A stretch of DNA of 61,277 bases, counting the filler, from Phoronis australis (Eukaryota; Animalia; Phoronida), in assembly GCA_002633005.1 (NCBI GenBank). It is 4 parts of 4 records of this genome, joined end to end, with 100 filler letters (N's around TTAATTAATTAA, not from the genome) between each part and the next. Parts side by side here need not be neighbours in the genome. Positions count along the whole stretch, not along the records: positions 1 to 26,418 come from NMRA01000476.1; 3 more parts are not named here. One strand, given 5' to 3'. The number at the start of each line of letters is the position of its first letter. Position 1 is the first letter of the stretch. The notes under the pieces are model-generated. The model was not told where the DNA came from and did no database searches. It saw only the letters and a list, made by a program, of their open reading frames with translations. Shown one piece after another: positions 1 to 11,900 of the stretch. Both the position numbers and the translations under genes were made by a program.

Positions 1-699
1 CCAGCTCGCTGTATCAAGACTATAGTCAAAATCCAAATTCGTTTTATCGTGTCCCTGTCAATAATAACGGCATGCTAAAGTTTCTTAATTTTCGTACTTC
101 AGGAACATAACAATCACGTGTTTTGTACACATACGCGCACGCCGCATATCACATCTCGGAAATTGCCGATTTGACAGATGACATTGAATGAGCACAGTGA
201 AATTAACAACGTCGTTTTACAGCTTGTAAGATTCATAATAAACGTATTTTGAATATTGCAATGTGTTCCAAAATCTAAATAACTTGGGTCCTATATTTTT
301 GTATTCGTACGCGCCGATTGAAAGTAATCATGAGTGTTGCTGTGTTGCAAAATCTCTTATCATGGGCCGATTTGAAAAATTCAAAGTTGTACTCATATTT
401 GCTTTCGCTGCTCTTTCCAAATATTACAGTAAAAACTACTTGTAACTCTCTCCATAAAAAGTACAGTCTGCTAGGTAGATTGTAATCAGCTGATCATATC
501 CGCATGAGCGAAGCCAATTATCCTCGTTCGTGACTCGATAAATAGAGCAGCTTGGCGGCATCCCTTTGATTGTGAGCCGAGCGCGACTCAGCCAAGGTGG
601 ATAAATACGGTCTAGTTCAATTTTCCATACCCCACCGCTTACCTTGACGAGCGGGGTTAGGACCAATCTTATTTAGTGGGACTGTTCATAGCATGCAGA

Positions 700-1350
700 G
701 GTAAACGTGAAAAACTAAAATAGCCACTAGGGGGCACAACAGTACACCAATCTGTTCGAAAGCCGCCGTCGTCGTCCGTTGTCAACTTCAAATATATACA
801 TTTACTAAATTTAATAATAAAGAGCCTGTAGAACGTTTAGGAGATACAGCCATGGACACAAAAAAATGCCACTAAGAGGTGAGAGTAGTCAAAGTAATCG
901 GAAAATCATTGTTAGCCATCAGCCATCTTTTTCATAGTTAGAACATACATGCCAATTTTCACAGTTATCCTTCGAATGGTTTGGTTAATTAAAAGGTGGA
1001 TGTCAAAAACAGTAAAAATGGCCACTAGGTGGTGCAAACTACGTCCAATCCTTCCGAAAACAAGAAGATAGTGTCACCTCACTAATAGATGGCTATATTC
1101 TAAATTTTGTGAAAATACGTTGAGGACCTCCGATGATACAGAGGTAAGCATAAAAAAACTAAATTGCCACAAGGAGGCACACTGGTCATCGGAGAGGTCT
1201 GAAATTTGTCGTCATATGTCATCACCTTCATCGGAACACATCAGCCAAATCTCATCAAGATCCTGTGAGGGGTTTAGGAGATACAGCTGCGGATGACGGA
1301 CGCCTAGATAGAGATGACGACAATATGCGACCATATATAAATATGAGGAA
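700..1350 (+). mobile_element. Non-autonomous repeat with ~150-bp internal subrepeats and GACG-rich end (Helentron/HINE-like)
   Basis: Four diverged units anchored by GCCAC(T/A)AG at 723, 868, 1021 and 1166. The motif TTTAGGAGATACAGC recurs at ~836 and ~1273, and GGATGACGGACG follows at ~1291. The family assignment is inferred from this architecture. Confidence 0.5.
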
Positions 1351-1354
1351 ACAT

Positions 1355-1622
1355 AAAAATAATGAGGGCCTCATGTCACTCACATACAAAACAATTATGA
1401 GGTAGCCATAACATACCACCTATGTACAAAATAATAATGCGGGTGGTTTAGTTACATACCACTGATAAACAACATGACAAGATATTGTAACATACAACTG
1501 ATATATACAAAATAACATTTAGGGTGTTGTTAAACATCAGTGATATTAATACAAAACAATAATTAGGGCATTGCTATATGTCACTGATATACAAAATAAT
1601 AATGAGGGTGTTGTTACATATC
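1355..1622. repeat. Degenerate ~40-bp minisatellite
   Basis: About 6-7 diverged units resembling CACTGATATACAAAATAATAATGAGGGTGTTGTTACATA. Confidence 0.6.
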
Positions 1623-1737
1623 CTTGAACAGTAATGTAACTGTGATGATTTTGTTTACTTTAATTTCACAAGAACATTTCATAAATTCCTAATACTCTGC
1701 TCTGCCATAACTCATAAAATATGAACAACATACTTAC

Positions 1738-4700
1738 TTCCCCATATTTTTCATTCTCATTTTTGCCTCAGCTGGCATCTCTTCTTCATCACTCTAAAAT
1801 AGAAAAAATTGCAAGAGTGCAGATTCATGTCTATGTGTCCAGTTCACGTGCTCCACAAACTTGAGCCTAACGTATAAAGTATACTCACCTTCATCATTAA
1901 AAAATAGGGTAATCAGAGTTCAGCATGAACTCAGCATGAATTTTGTGAACAACGCTTAAAGACATTAAAAAATGAAAAGGTAATTTGGGGTACTATTTTG
2001 TGACTGAAATTGGAGACTTTACTACGTTTGTAGCCTCTGTCACCACATCCACCAAACAGAAGTTGGCGGTTGGCATAGATTCTTTCACTGTAACACTTGG
2101 ATCTTAAAAATCTACTTACAATTTGCACATCATCACCGAAGATGTAATTGCAACATCTCAGATCACTGTTGACATACACAAAAGGTTATCATGCGAACGC
2201 CTTCTTAAAGACAGTCATAATTTCATAAATGCATAGTTTGGTTACAATTACATGAATCAGATGTTTCGATGACAATTTTGATTTTTAATTACTGTATTTA
2301 CAGTAGAACAGTTGATGAGGAACAGATCTTTAAAAATGATATAGCATTGATTTGCTACTATTTAACTTTAATTATGAAAAAAATTAAAAATAAAACTGCA
2401 CCAATCGATCAAATTGTGTCCTAAATTGGTGACAATTTATGTAACTGGTAACCTTTGACAAGGAAGAAGTTGATCTGGTGTGAGTTGATCTGGTGTGAGT
2501 TGATCCATCTCATAGTATATTTACACGACTCTCTTGGAAACTATGTCAACACAGAATTTTCTGACCTGAATCCACTCTGGGCATGTTCAAAACGGAAATG
2601 AACACCCCAAAATAGACTATAGCACAAGAGCAACTGATCACAGATGATCATTTCGGCTTTTACACCACTTTCAGTTTCTATGCAAAGTAGGCACATTCTG
2701 CTCAGAAAGTCAAAAGTCAACACCACAAAATTGATTTGCGTCACGTCATATTATTTTTGCACACACATAACAGTGTCATGCCGGTGTCAAGAGAGTAATG
2801 CGAATGGTACTTCAAGACATGGCACCCAAACAACTGTGCCACAATGCCATTGTTACATTTGGAAAATAACATAGATGTGATAGCCAAACTAGTGATGCAG
2901 CATTCCACCCTACCTCATCATCAGCGTTGAACACATTGGCCACTGTCTTGCTCTTTGGCTTTAAAACTGGTGCAGGGTCTTTTGGTTTCTGCAATAAAAA
3001 CACTGTCTGTGTTAAAGGTATATTGAGTGCCCTCAAAGATTATTACCCTGGAACATCAGAATTAATGCATGTCTAGATTTATTTTTGCAACGGTCATAAA
3101 AAATCGAGCAATGGAACAAGGCAAATGAACACTTCTTGTTTTTATTGACTATAATGTGGTTGAAATGGAGATAATAGATATTTTACTCATTTGCTATTCT
3201 CAAACATATAAAGTATACTACTTCTCAAACAGTCAACAGCGACAGAACTGATTGCTATTGGATGTGTTTGAGAGCAGTACGGTCACGCCAACATGACTGC
3301 TCGACAAATGAGGTACTGAGAATTGTTACATTGTCTGTATACTAAAACAAAGATTTTATCCCCACATAAAAGCCTAAATAAGTAGTATGTAATAACACAT
3401 ACAATTATTTCCATGGGAGATAACGATGTGGCCTGAAGACGTGACATGCTGCAGTGTTCAATAGAAGACGTACACGCATGTGGCTTGATCCACTATACTG
3501 CATAGGGACGACCGTCATCAAGAGCAATGAAAGTTGAATATTTTCATTGAATCCTGTATTTTGGGTTTTTTTAAATATATGAGGAAAACTAGATTATTAC
3601 ATGTCCCCAGCAAACTAGCACCTCTCAAATGGTAATTCCACCAAATCATACTCGCTGTCTAAGATACAGAAAACCACAGCCTAACTTACTGTTGTAGGCA
3701 AAATGCATGGATAATTGCAATTTTTGACAGCAGCCACTTTGGAGTATTTTTATCACCAATACCATCCAGATTTGTGGTCCGCAACGATGACAAAAAAGTA
3801 GTTCTCGTGAATTTGTATCCAAAGCAAGTAGTTTGATAACCGGAACTGATTAAAAACAATGCCACATTCTAAAAGTTGTGAGAGCAGTCTTTCTTTCAAG
3901 TTTGAAGGAAGCCAGGAATTTCAACAGAAAGTATTAAAAAATCTCCATTCCCGACTTACAAGCACAATATAGAAATGATGCCACTAGACTTACTTGAGTG
4001 CCCAGACTCAGTTTTATTGGTGCTGACACCAATTTCTTCCCGTCACCAAAACTCATTGATACTTTAGTATCATTCTTCTTAACATCTCCAGACGGCTGCT
4101 GATTGGCTGGTTTCTTTAGTCCAAAGGTTATCTTTTTGCTGGGAAGTGCTGAACTGTTTTCAGTGGACTTGCGTTTTGCTCCGACAAGTGGTCCATCTCC
4201 GGCTGATTTTGGGTCTGTTTTGGAGGCAGCCTCACTGGTAAGTCCTGCTCAAGAAGTACTGTTAAAATTGAAGTCAGGTCAGAATGTGGCAAACGTCAAA
4301 AGGAGGGAAGATGGGCAAATAATCCAATTTACCTCTTGAGATTTCTTTTCCAAAGCACAAGCTTGCTACAATCAAAATCAATAGTATCAATAGTGCCATG
4401 CCAGCAAAAACTGCTCCAGAATTTAGCACACAAGACACTTGGAATTTAATTCTAAGTCAAATTTCTGGACAAAAGTAAATGTTGAGAAAAACTTGCAGTT
4501 ATCATTAGCATGCTTACAATGACCACGTCATTGGTAAAACTTTGGGTATATTAAAATATTGTATTCGAACTTTTAAAACGGAAAAATTGTAATTCATTTT
4601 CGAAAAAACTGAAGATCTATAGAGATTACCGAGTGATGGTATGCGTCGCTACAAAAGTGTAGCAACGATGGGACTTATCTGTATTGCCGCCAGGCTGGTC

Positions 4701-5728
4701 TGCAAACCAAACAGTATAGTCAGTGTCAGATGCATTGTCACAATGCTGTATCAATGCACTCGACATTGTCTTGTTACTGTAATTGGGGAGCTTCAAAAAC
4801 ATGGATGAGCTTGTAGTATCAGCTCAGCCTAGCTTTTAGGGTTACACTTGAGTAGGATTGTCATTAGCCATTGATCAACATTAAAGACTGTCAGACTCTC
4901 CAACAAAAAAATTAGATGGGGACAAGTTGAACCTCCACGCAGTTGTCCATGGGGACAACTTAAAAATTTTTTCATAGCCATACACTAAAGTTCATCCTTT
5001 CACAAATTCAGGCACCCACAAAATACTGTCTATAACCTTTTTGCACTGCATAATGTGTCACAAGACTTGAGTCAGATCAATGTTGTAATAAAGTAAACTC
5101 GCTTCAGGAGGGGCTCAGTGCTCAGCTGCATGGTGGCAAGACAGACAGCCGCGAATAAAATGCAAAAGTTTGAAAGCAAACTAATAACAGAAGAGCATGC
5201 TTGTTTAATTACGGAAGTAAATGTTTGACTTTTTCTTCAAATCCGCCTGTCCTACTACAACAATGTCGACATACAGCATTCTGTAGTGTAGATGTACAGA
5301 ATGTAATGTCATAATGATGCCTTTGAGTTCTGACCTTGCGAGGTACAGTCATTTACGTGAAAAACTATCAGATCTAATAAATGTCATTTACTTGCACAAT
5401 TCTCCATCTTATATAACAAAGAAAATCCTGTCACCATTTTAGAAACAGTACGCTCTTGTCACACGCACGTGCCATTTCCTAACTTTTTGCAACACCCCTG
5501 AGAGATGACGCGAGCTTCGCAACAGCACCAACTTGACCAAGGCTACACACATTCAAGCATACTAGGAAGCCCCTCATAAAACTGGGGAAATTCGGCTGGT
5601 TAGATTTACATATATCACTACGCAGTAAACCCCAGGACGTTTAAAATAACGACAGTCATTACACAAGCATTAACGTGAAAAACATTACTGTATGAACCTG
5701 AATTTTGCGACTCCTCACTGTTCGCCAT
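1738..5728 (-). CDS. PCNP: PEST proteolytic signal-containing nuclear protein (PCNP-like), spliced, 3' part outside window
   Basis: Exons 5728-5698 (MANSEESQNS), 4244-3994 (GLTSEAASKTDPKS...KRKSTE...KITFGLKK...APIKLSLGTQ), 2988-2914 (KPKDPAPVLKPKSKTVANVFNADDE) and 1793-1738 (SDEEEMPAEAKMRMKNMG). All have GT-AG boundaries and compatible phases (1,0,0). EEMPxEAKMRMKNxG and KLxxxKPK...VF match the conserved PCNP core as I recall it. The exon 1 donor (GTTCAT) is weak, so exon 1 is less certain. Confidence 0.9.
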
Positions 5729-5918
5729 TGTGGTACTCCAACAAATATTCTAGTAAATAAGCCTAGGTAAGTTACACAGTTTTGAATATTATAACAATAA
5801 TAGGATAATATTATCATATTAGGGAATTAAATAACATTTTAAACCACTTTAACTCATTTTAAACCATTTGGTCAAAATAATTCTCAAACTCACCAAATCA
5901 CTATTGCCTTGCCACACA
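5729..5918. promoter_or_regulatory. Probable bidirectional promoter shared by PCNP and MRPL21
   Basis: Only 190 bp separate the divergent start codons (PCNP ATG at 5728 on minus, MRPL21 ATG at 5919 on plus). Confidence 0.65.
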
Positions 5919-8900
5919 ATGGCGGCAACGGTGGGAAAGATGTTCCGAAGTCTTGGCGTATCAAGTATCGCCCGTAAGTGATTGTTGTGGAATGTGAACC
6001 TGTTTTACGGTTGTGATGAACTGTTCGTTGGATATCAGTCGAGAACCATGCATTATTTTGCCTGTTAATTGGTTTATCATACTGGTTCTCGAAGTCGGGC
6101 AGCCTATTACCGGCGCCAGCCAGNCACAAAGCGTAAATTTTATGAATCCTAGCTTCCGATTTTACCCGTTTGGGAAACCGGCTTTCAACTGCCGTAGGCT
6201 ACAATAAGAATCCCCTCCCCGTGAAATGATTTTTTCTAAGCGTTTATTAGAGCCAATACAGTATACAGCTTTCCACCAAGGCTAGGTGATACTACGACAA
6301 TATTCTTTGTTGCATTAGTAACTGGTCTTGGCTAATATTATCATTTTATGGCCTGGTCATCCTTTCAGCCAAAAGTAGTTCCAGAGGTGGCTTATCAGCC
6401 AATTATTCACGCATGCTGACTCACAATAGAAGCCTGATAAGAGTGAAGGTGGATAAATGCGGTGTTCCTACAGTTTCTTGTTTTAGTGGATGTGTTCACG
6501 ACATGAGTACACTCGGGAACCCAATGGTCGGCTTGTTGTCGTACTCACCAAATTATTCCACTTCAAAGTTATGCTCGGTAATTGATTTTGATATCGTTCG
6601 ATTCCTCGCAACGTTATCTTTCCACGTTTCCTCCGTATTTTATCGTCGAATCTCGGTTCGCACTATTTCGCGGTTGACACCGCCATGTTAACTCAACTCA
6701 AGATTACAGCGACACCTGTTGTTAATGAATGAAACAGCATCGATTTTGAATGGTGTTTGCTCGCTCGAGATTCCTGCTAAAGTTTTCCTGACATTAGTGA
6801 GGTAATATGGAAGAACAATTAGCAGCATTTCACCTTTTTCATTTTTTTAGAATTATGACCTTTTGACCATTTTTTCATGAAATTGTCTGAAGTGATACAT
6901 TTTTCACCAATTTGGACCTCAAAAACAACCTCTGCTTTTTTCGTGGATTCTTGCTAGCAGATGTGTACCAGAGTCACCATAAGATCGAATCTGAACCCTT
7001 GGGACGTAACCCGGGCAGGGGACAGATGGGTCTCCGTCAATTTGACCTTATGGAAAGTGACGATCTGCAGAAGTCGGTAGAGTAGTTCAGTTTTTGACCA
7101 CCGGGTGACTCTTTTCATTCAATATGGCGGTATTACTGAACACTACCAAGTACTGGGAAATAGTGCGAGCAGAAATTTCACGTTAAAATACTTAGGGAAC
7201 GGGGTAGGAGAAATTTCAGTTTATTTCTGGAAAGAAAACGTTGCAAGGAATCGAACGATACCAAAATCATATGTGTAAGTCAATGCCGTCGTATTGTAAA
7301 CAATTACCTTATGCTCTGAATAGGATTTGATTTAACTCTCACAAATATATAGTATTCGTTAATTCAAACGTTTTCTTTTACTTATGCTGAGTTGTTTCAA
7401 CTGTGCATTGCATTTCGGCAGCCATTTTATAATCACACCTAAAGTCGTCATATGCTGCCGTCTTTTGAAAGAACAGAAAACCACGCAGAAAAAGGCCTCA
7501 AAATTGCACACAGCCCATTTATTTCTGCTCGTCACTTTGCTGTGAAACTTGTTTCAACATGTAGAGCTAAAGACCGTTGAGGCTGCATGCAAAATCTGGG
7601 AGTCAACTGGAACATTCACCCTGCCTGTTACAGTCATTTAAGTGAAAAACGATCTAATAAACGTCATTTGCTCGTGTAATTATCTGCCTTTTGTAACAAA
7701 GTAATAATAACAATAAAATAAATGCAGGGGGTCTGATACACGCTATACCAGACACGAGCGCATGCCGCGCATGTGGGCCCATTGCACTGATCACCAGGAA
7801 CAATTTTTATGCTTTATTAATATGTGGTTGAAACCAAGCTGAGAAGCTAGAAACCTGGCTCAAGGGTTTAGCAGTAAGACCCAGTGAAACTTGAACCATG
7901 ACCTCGAGTAAAGAAAGCGGATACCTATCACTAGGCCACACTGCCTTCTCTGTAGCAAAGAAAAGTATGTCATTGATTTAAAAAACAGTGTCATACTCAT
8001 GACATGTGCACGTGCCATTTCCTAAATTTTTGCAACATCTCTTCGGAGATGATGACAGCATCGCAGCAGCAAAATTTGTTCTGAAATTCAGTTTGCTGGT
8101 ATCAAAATTATAAAAACTTATAACAAAATGAATCCAGTTGATAATTTGTTGTGACGCAGCCTGCAGGGCTCGACATTAATTTTTATTTTAACTTGTCCAG
8201 TCGGACAAATGAAATTTACTTGTCCTGACCTATAAGACACTTGTCCAAAGGTAATTAAACTCAAATTATACTTTTCAAACGTATATGAATGTTGCACATT
8301 ATACCTGTCAGCACAAGCTCAACAAACATGTGTAGTGTTTGGAACAGTTTGGATTTCACCAAGCTCACCCTGGCTTTTCAATTCAGTTATATGTTTTTCA
8401 TAAGCTACTGAGTGAGCCGTCGACCGTTTGTGACTTTTCGATCCTGAACACTTCTGACCCAGACTTAAGAGAATGTGTCGGCGTATTTTTCACAAGGGGA
8501 TACTACATGTTTTATTTCTAGTCGCTATCATACCGTAACCAGTCAAAATCTTCCTTCCATTTCAGAAGGAATTCCTGTTTTCTTTTAGTAGTTTCATACT
8601 GTTGCTTGGTGGTTTCTTGCCCTTTGGTTTGGTTACCAGTTGCAAGATTAGAGTTCTTTGACTTGAAACCATGTGCAAACTAAGTATCTATTTCGACATT
8701 GCTACTGCAGACTCCTCCGCAGACGACTGTTTCCACACATGTCGTAAGACAGTCGAATGTCGTAAAGTTTTATTAACACATCTTACCGAGTTATCGCTAC
8801 TACACGTGAGTCTCATACGTAAATCAAAAATTGTAACGATTAAGTGTCAAAATATGTTGACGAGCAAGTGACTGAAATTTGACTTTCCGTACTCGTCCGC

Positions 8901-11900
8901 ATTACCAGGGTGCTTAAATTGGGAATCTAAAAAAACAGTGGGTGTGCGGTAAGACGAACATGAACGGTTAAAGTCGAAAATTTTGCAAAGAGTTGTTGCT
9001 TACTGCACGGAGGACCGATTTTACCCTGACGGAGCTGCACTGACGTCAGACTCCAAGCATATCAGTTAAAATATAAGTCGGGGGATTGAAGTATCGGTCT
9101 TTGACGGCCTGCGGCCCTGTGCACATGATGCAGTGGCGTCGTGATCCTGAGTGCGATTGGGTGTTTACGTACCTGAAGTATTCCTACAGGTAGTCATGCG
9201 TTCAGTAGGGCAAGATTCTTGAGAATAAAGACAGATTAAACAAGACTCCGCTTATTAGCGGTGTATTTTTAAGGGAAGCATTAGATTGTGTAAAGATTTG
9301 CTTCCCACTGGACACTGAGGCAACCAAGCACGTGCTATTGACAGGTCTTCTTACTGACTACCTTGAACTTAGTTAGGCAACCAAACACATGCTAATGATT
9401 GACAGGTCTTCTTATTGAATACTTTTAACAGTGTAGCATTTTATATACATTGTATTTTTCTTTTTGAGTTTGAAGCCAACACCGCTGTTGTTCAAAGCGC
9501 GTGCTCGGGTAGTCAAGCGTTCAGTAGGGTAAGTTTCTTGAGAATAAAGACAGATTAAAGCACGTGCTCAACAATCGGAAGATGCTACTATTAGGCAATA
9601 GGGGTACTCGGTCAGCTGCCAAAATAATGAAGCAAAAACACATCTTGTAAAAAGTCATTAGGCGAATCAAATGTTCAAAATAATAAAATGCGCTAAATAC
9701 AAGTTGATTTTTTGCGCTCTTGCCTTTGTTTGGGCGCTTCTATTTTGGTGTCATAAGTGAAACCATTAAAAACATGCGTTTAATTAAGACGAATGAAAAG
9801 AATCATCGGGTACCTGGCGTGCTTGGAACTACGCTAGGACCTAGCTAAAATCAAAACTTTCCCAGATTACGTGAGATACTGCCATGTATTTAAATGAGAA
9901 CACGTCACTTTGGCTAGAACTATTCGAATGCAAGTGCCTCGGATCACGTCCAGTCATGAGCTCCTGCATAATCTAAACAACACCTTGCCGATTAGCGCCA
10001 CATCTTACCTACACCGATGACTAAGCAAGTGAGTTATCACTGCTACAAAGTTCTGATCGTTCAGATTTATTATAATTTCCAAAAATTCATTAACTTTTCC
10101 TGTTGGACAAGTTGCTCGGCTGTGAGCTTGTCCGGACCAACAAATTGGTTATCCCGGGCAGTCGGACTACCGTTAATGTCGAGTCCTGAACCTCGTGAAA
10201 GAACAATTGATTGAAGAATGGTCAGAAAAAAAGAAAACTGCCCAAGAAACAATATTTTATGGCACCGAAATCAGCAGAATAATAATACAATGCCAATTTT
10301 TCCAACACGGGTAAATAACTTAGTATACTCAAAGAAGAGAGTAGTTTTTAATGACATTAATTTTGTGTTAGATTTTATCTGGCCAGTTTTTTACCCACAT
10401 CAGCGCAAAGCTGTATATTTAGTATACAGCTTTGCACCAATTAGTAGTACTACAACTTGTAGTGACCTGGTTGTTCATTTTTATTACTGTACTGGCTGCC
10501 TGGTATCTGGTCCTATCTGGGTATGTTAATGCCAATGGTTGCCAGGCTGACATTCATTGACATTACCAGTAACCAGGAGAGCATTCCGTAGACCTCATAT
10601 CTTGTGGCAAAAGCAAGATCTCACAATACTTTGTAATAGCAAAAAAGCAAAAAGCAGGGGGTGGGGGAGCCTTAGTGCAAAGCTGTATACTAAATATATA
10701 GCTTTGCAATGATGTGGCCAAATAAAATCTGACAAAAAATTAATGTCACTAAAAACTATACTCTTCCTTGAGTAAACTAAATTGTTTACTGGTATTGGAA
10801 AAATAGGCATATCGTTATTCTGCTGCTAAAATTGTGATGCGATCTTTTGTGTCGTCTTTCTGTGCCATAAAATATTGTGCCACATATTGGCCAGTTTTCT
10901 TTTTTCGCCGATTCTGCAATCAACTGTTGTTCTTCCACAAGGCTGCGTACATGTCAACAAACCATCGGAACTTTTTTCATTTAGTTACAAGTTTTTAGTA
11001 TTTTCATACCAAATTTTGCTGCTGCGAAGCAGTCGACATCTTCCGAGAGTTGTCGCAAAATCTTAGGAAATGTCACGAGTGCACTGTTTTCAAAACGACA
11101 GACTTTTTTCTTACAAAATATGGAGAATTATGTTAGAAAATGATGTTTATTAGATTGTTTTTCACTTAAATGGCTGCAATGGGCAAAGTGAATGTTTGTT
11201 GACTCCCAAATTTTGCATGCACTTCTGCCCGTCGTTGATCTAGATTTTATGATGAGGTGATGAGCAGAACCACCTGGGCTGTGTGAAATTTCGAGGTCTA
11301 ACGGAGCTCAACACACAGATACCTATAGCTCTGTATCTGTATTTTGACGATAGGGGGTGGGCGGGTGTTACGAGTGTACGGAGGAGCTTGGAAGCCGCAA
11401 ATCGCCCAGTCTTTCAATTTTGACTCTCATAAGATATGCCCTGGCAAGCTGACAGCATATGACATGTGATGTGTTTACAGTAGGTCGCAAGCTTGCTGTT
11501 CTCGTTGGCTGATCAAAAACTGCAGTGTGTCGATATGAAGTCTGTTAAACTTTCAAACAACTCTGATGTTAGGCGTGGTCAATGATGGGCTTCAACCACT
11601 TCCAATATTATATAAATTGTATCGATATCAATTGTATCGAAAAATTACCTTGGCCAAGTTTGGAATCAGGTGTCCTAACCGGTCGACCAAAGAGCAATTG
11701 CCTGTAGGCGATTGATTAAGAGAGGCCTTTATATTACCTTTATATTACTACACTCACTGCAGATTCACCACATTCTTCCCCATCCAATGATTAGAGGTCA
11801 TGCCTCCTGGAACTCAACATCAGATCGGCCCCCTCTACATCTGCCTCCTCCTTGGCCATTGTGGCACTATCAAGCTCGGGAGGCTGTTTAGTCCCTTTCT

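Larger units (their letters stand above)
7494..11299. mobile_element. Inverted pair of a ~600-bp repeat (foldback-like) with nested SINE and hAT insertions in the left arm
   Basis: The left arm (7494-8163 plus 10189-10440) is the reverse complement of the right arm (~10672-11299). Examples: GGCCTCAAAATTGCACACAGCCCA vs TGGGCTGTGTGAAATTTCGAGGTC, and TTTAGTATACAGCTTTGCAC vs GTGCAAAGCTGTATACTAAA. A partial third copy lies at ~5344-5527. Confidence 0.7.
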
